From: a virus
Taxonomy: Duplodnaviria; Caudoviricetes
DNA length: 24,227 bases
Strand: one strand, 5' to 3'
Virus record (IMG/VR): IMGVR_UViG_3300017700_000412
Span: 1 to 24,227 of that record
Shown here: positions 24,147-24,227 of the stretch, piece by piece
Numbering within the stretch: position 1 is the stretch's first letter
How the letters are laid out: each line of letters begins with the position of its first letter
Notes under the pieces: generated by a model
Database searches by the model: none
Told to the model about the DNA's origin: nothing
Seen by the model: only the letters and a program-made list of their open reading frames with translations
Program-made: the position numbers and the translations under genes

Positions 24147-24227
24147 GATTTACCCCTTCGATCCATTTACATTCCTGGCGCAGCATGCCGTAGATAACGC
24201 AGTCGTCCGACTCGAAACCACGGCGCA
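24139..24227 (-). CDS. C-terminal end of a GNAT-fold virion assembly protein (partial)
   Basis: Own translation ...RRGFESDDCVIYGMLRQECKWIEGVNHG*, matching the D..IYGML..EC.W GNAT terminus. Confidence 0.65.
   Translation of the reverse strand, partial: RRGFESDDCVIYGMLRQECKWIEGVNHG

Noticed and set aside
20073-24197. Long plus-strand ORFs (480 aa and 593 aa)
   Set aside because: Antisense shadows of GC-biased genes, with no motifs.

Overview
The window is a 24 kb piece of a GC-rich tailed-phage or prophage genome. A podovirus-like virion and a Betaproteobacterial host are inferred from gene content. A divergent promoter region at about 5040-5198 splits two early arms. The leftward arm (minus strand) carries a Cro-like HTH, DUF1367, a C5-MTase-like protein, DUF1364, RusA, a ~470 nt structured non-coding gap, small accessory genes and two replication genes. 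The rightward arm (plus strand) carries a Cas4/AddB-like nuclease, a RecT-like protein, an SMC/Rad50-like ATPase, two freestanding HNH endonucleases, Ead/Ea22-type mosaic genes, a small HTH and a secreted-protein moron. A bidirectional terminator at about 15416-15443 separates this arm from a converging late operon on the minus strand. That operon holds a GNAT end, three ejection-type proteins with a PAPS/APS-reductase-like PP-loop enzyme embedded among them, a tail fibre, a holin-like protein, a lysozyme, a lipoprotein and DUF1353. No integrase, CI-type repressor, tRNA or CRISPR array is visible. The two most notable items are the putative large structured ncRNA upstream of an apparently truncated replication initiator, and the Fe-S PP-loop enzyme translationally coupled to a Q/N-rich repeat ejection protein. 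All family assignments come from motif recognition by eye, not database searches.
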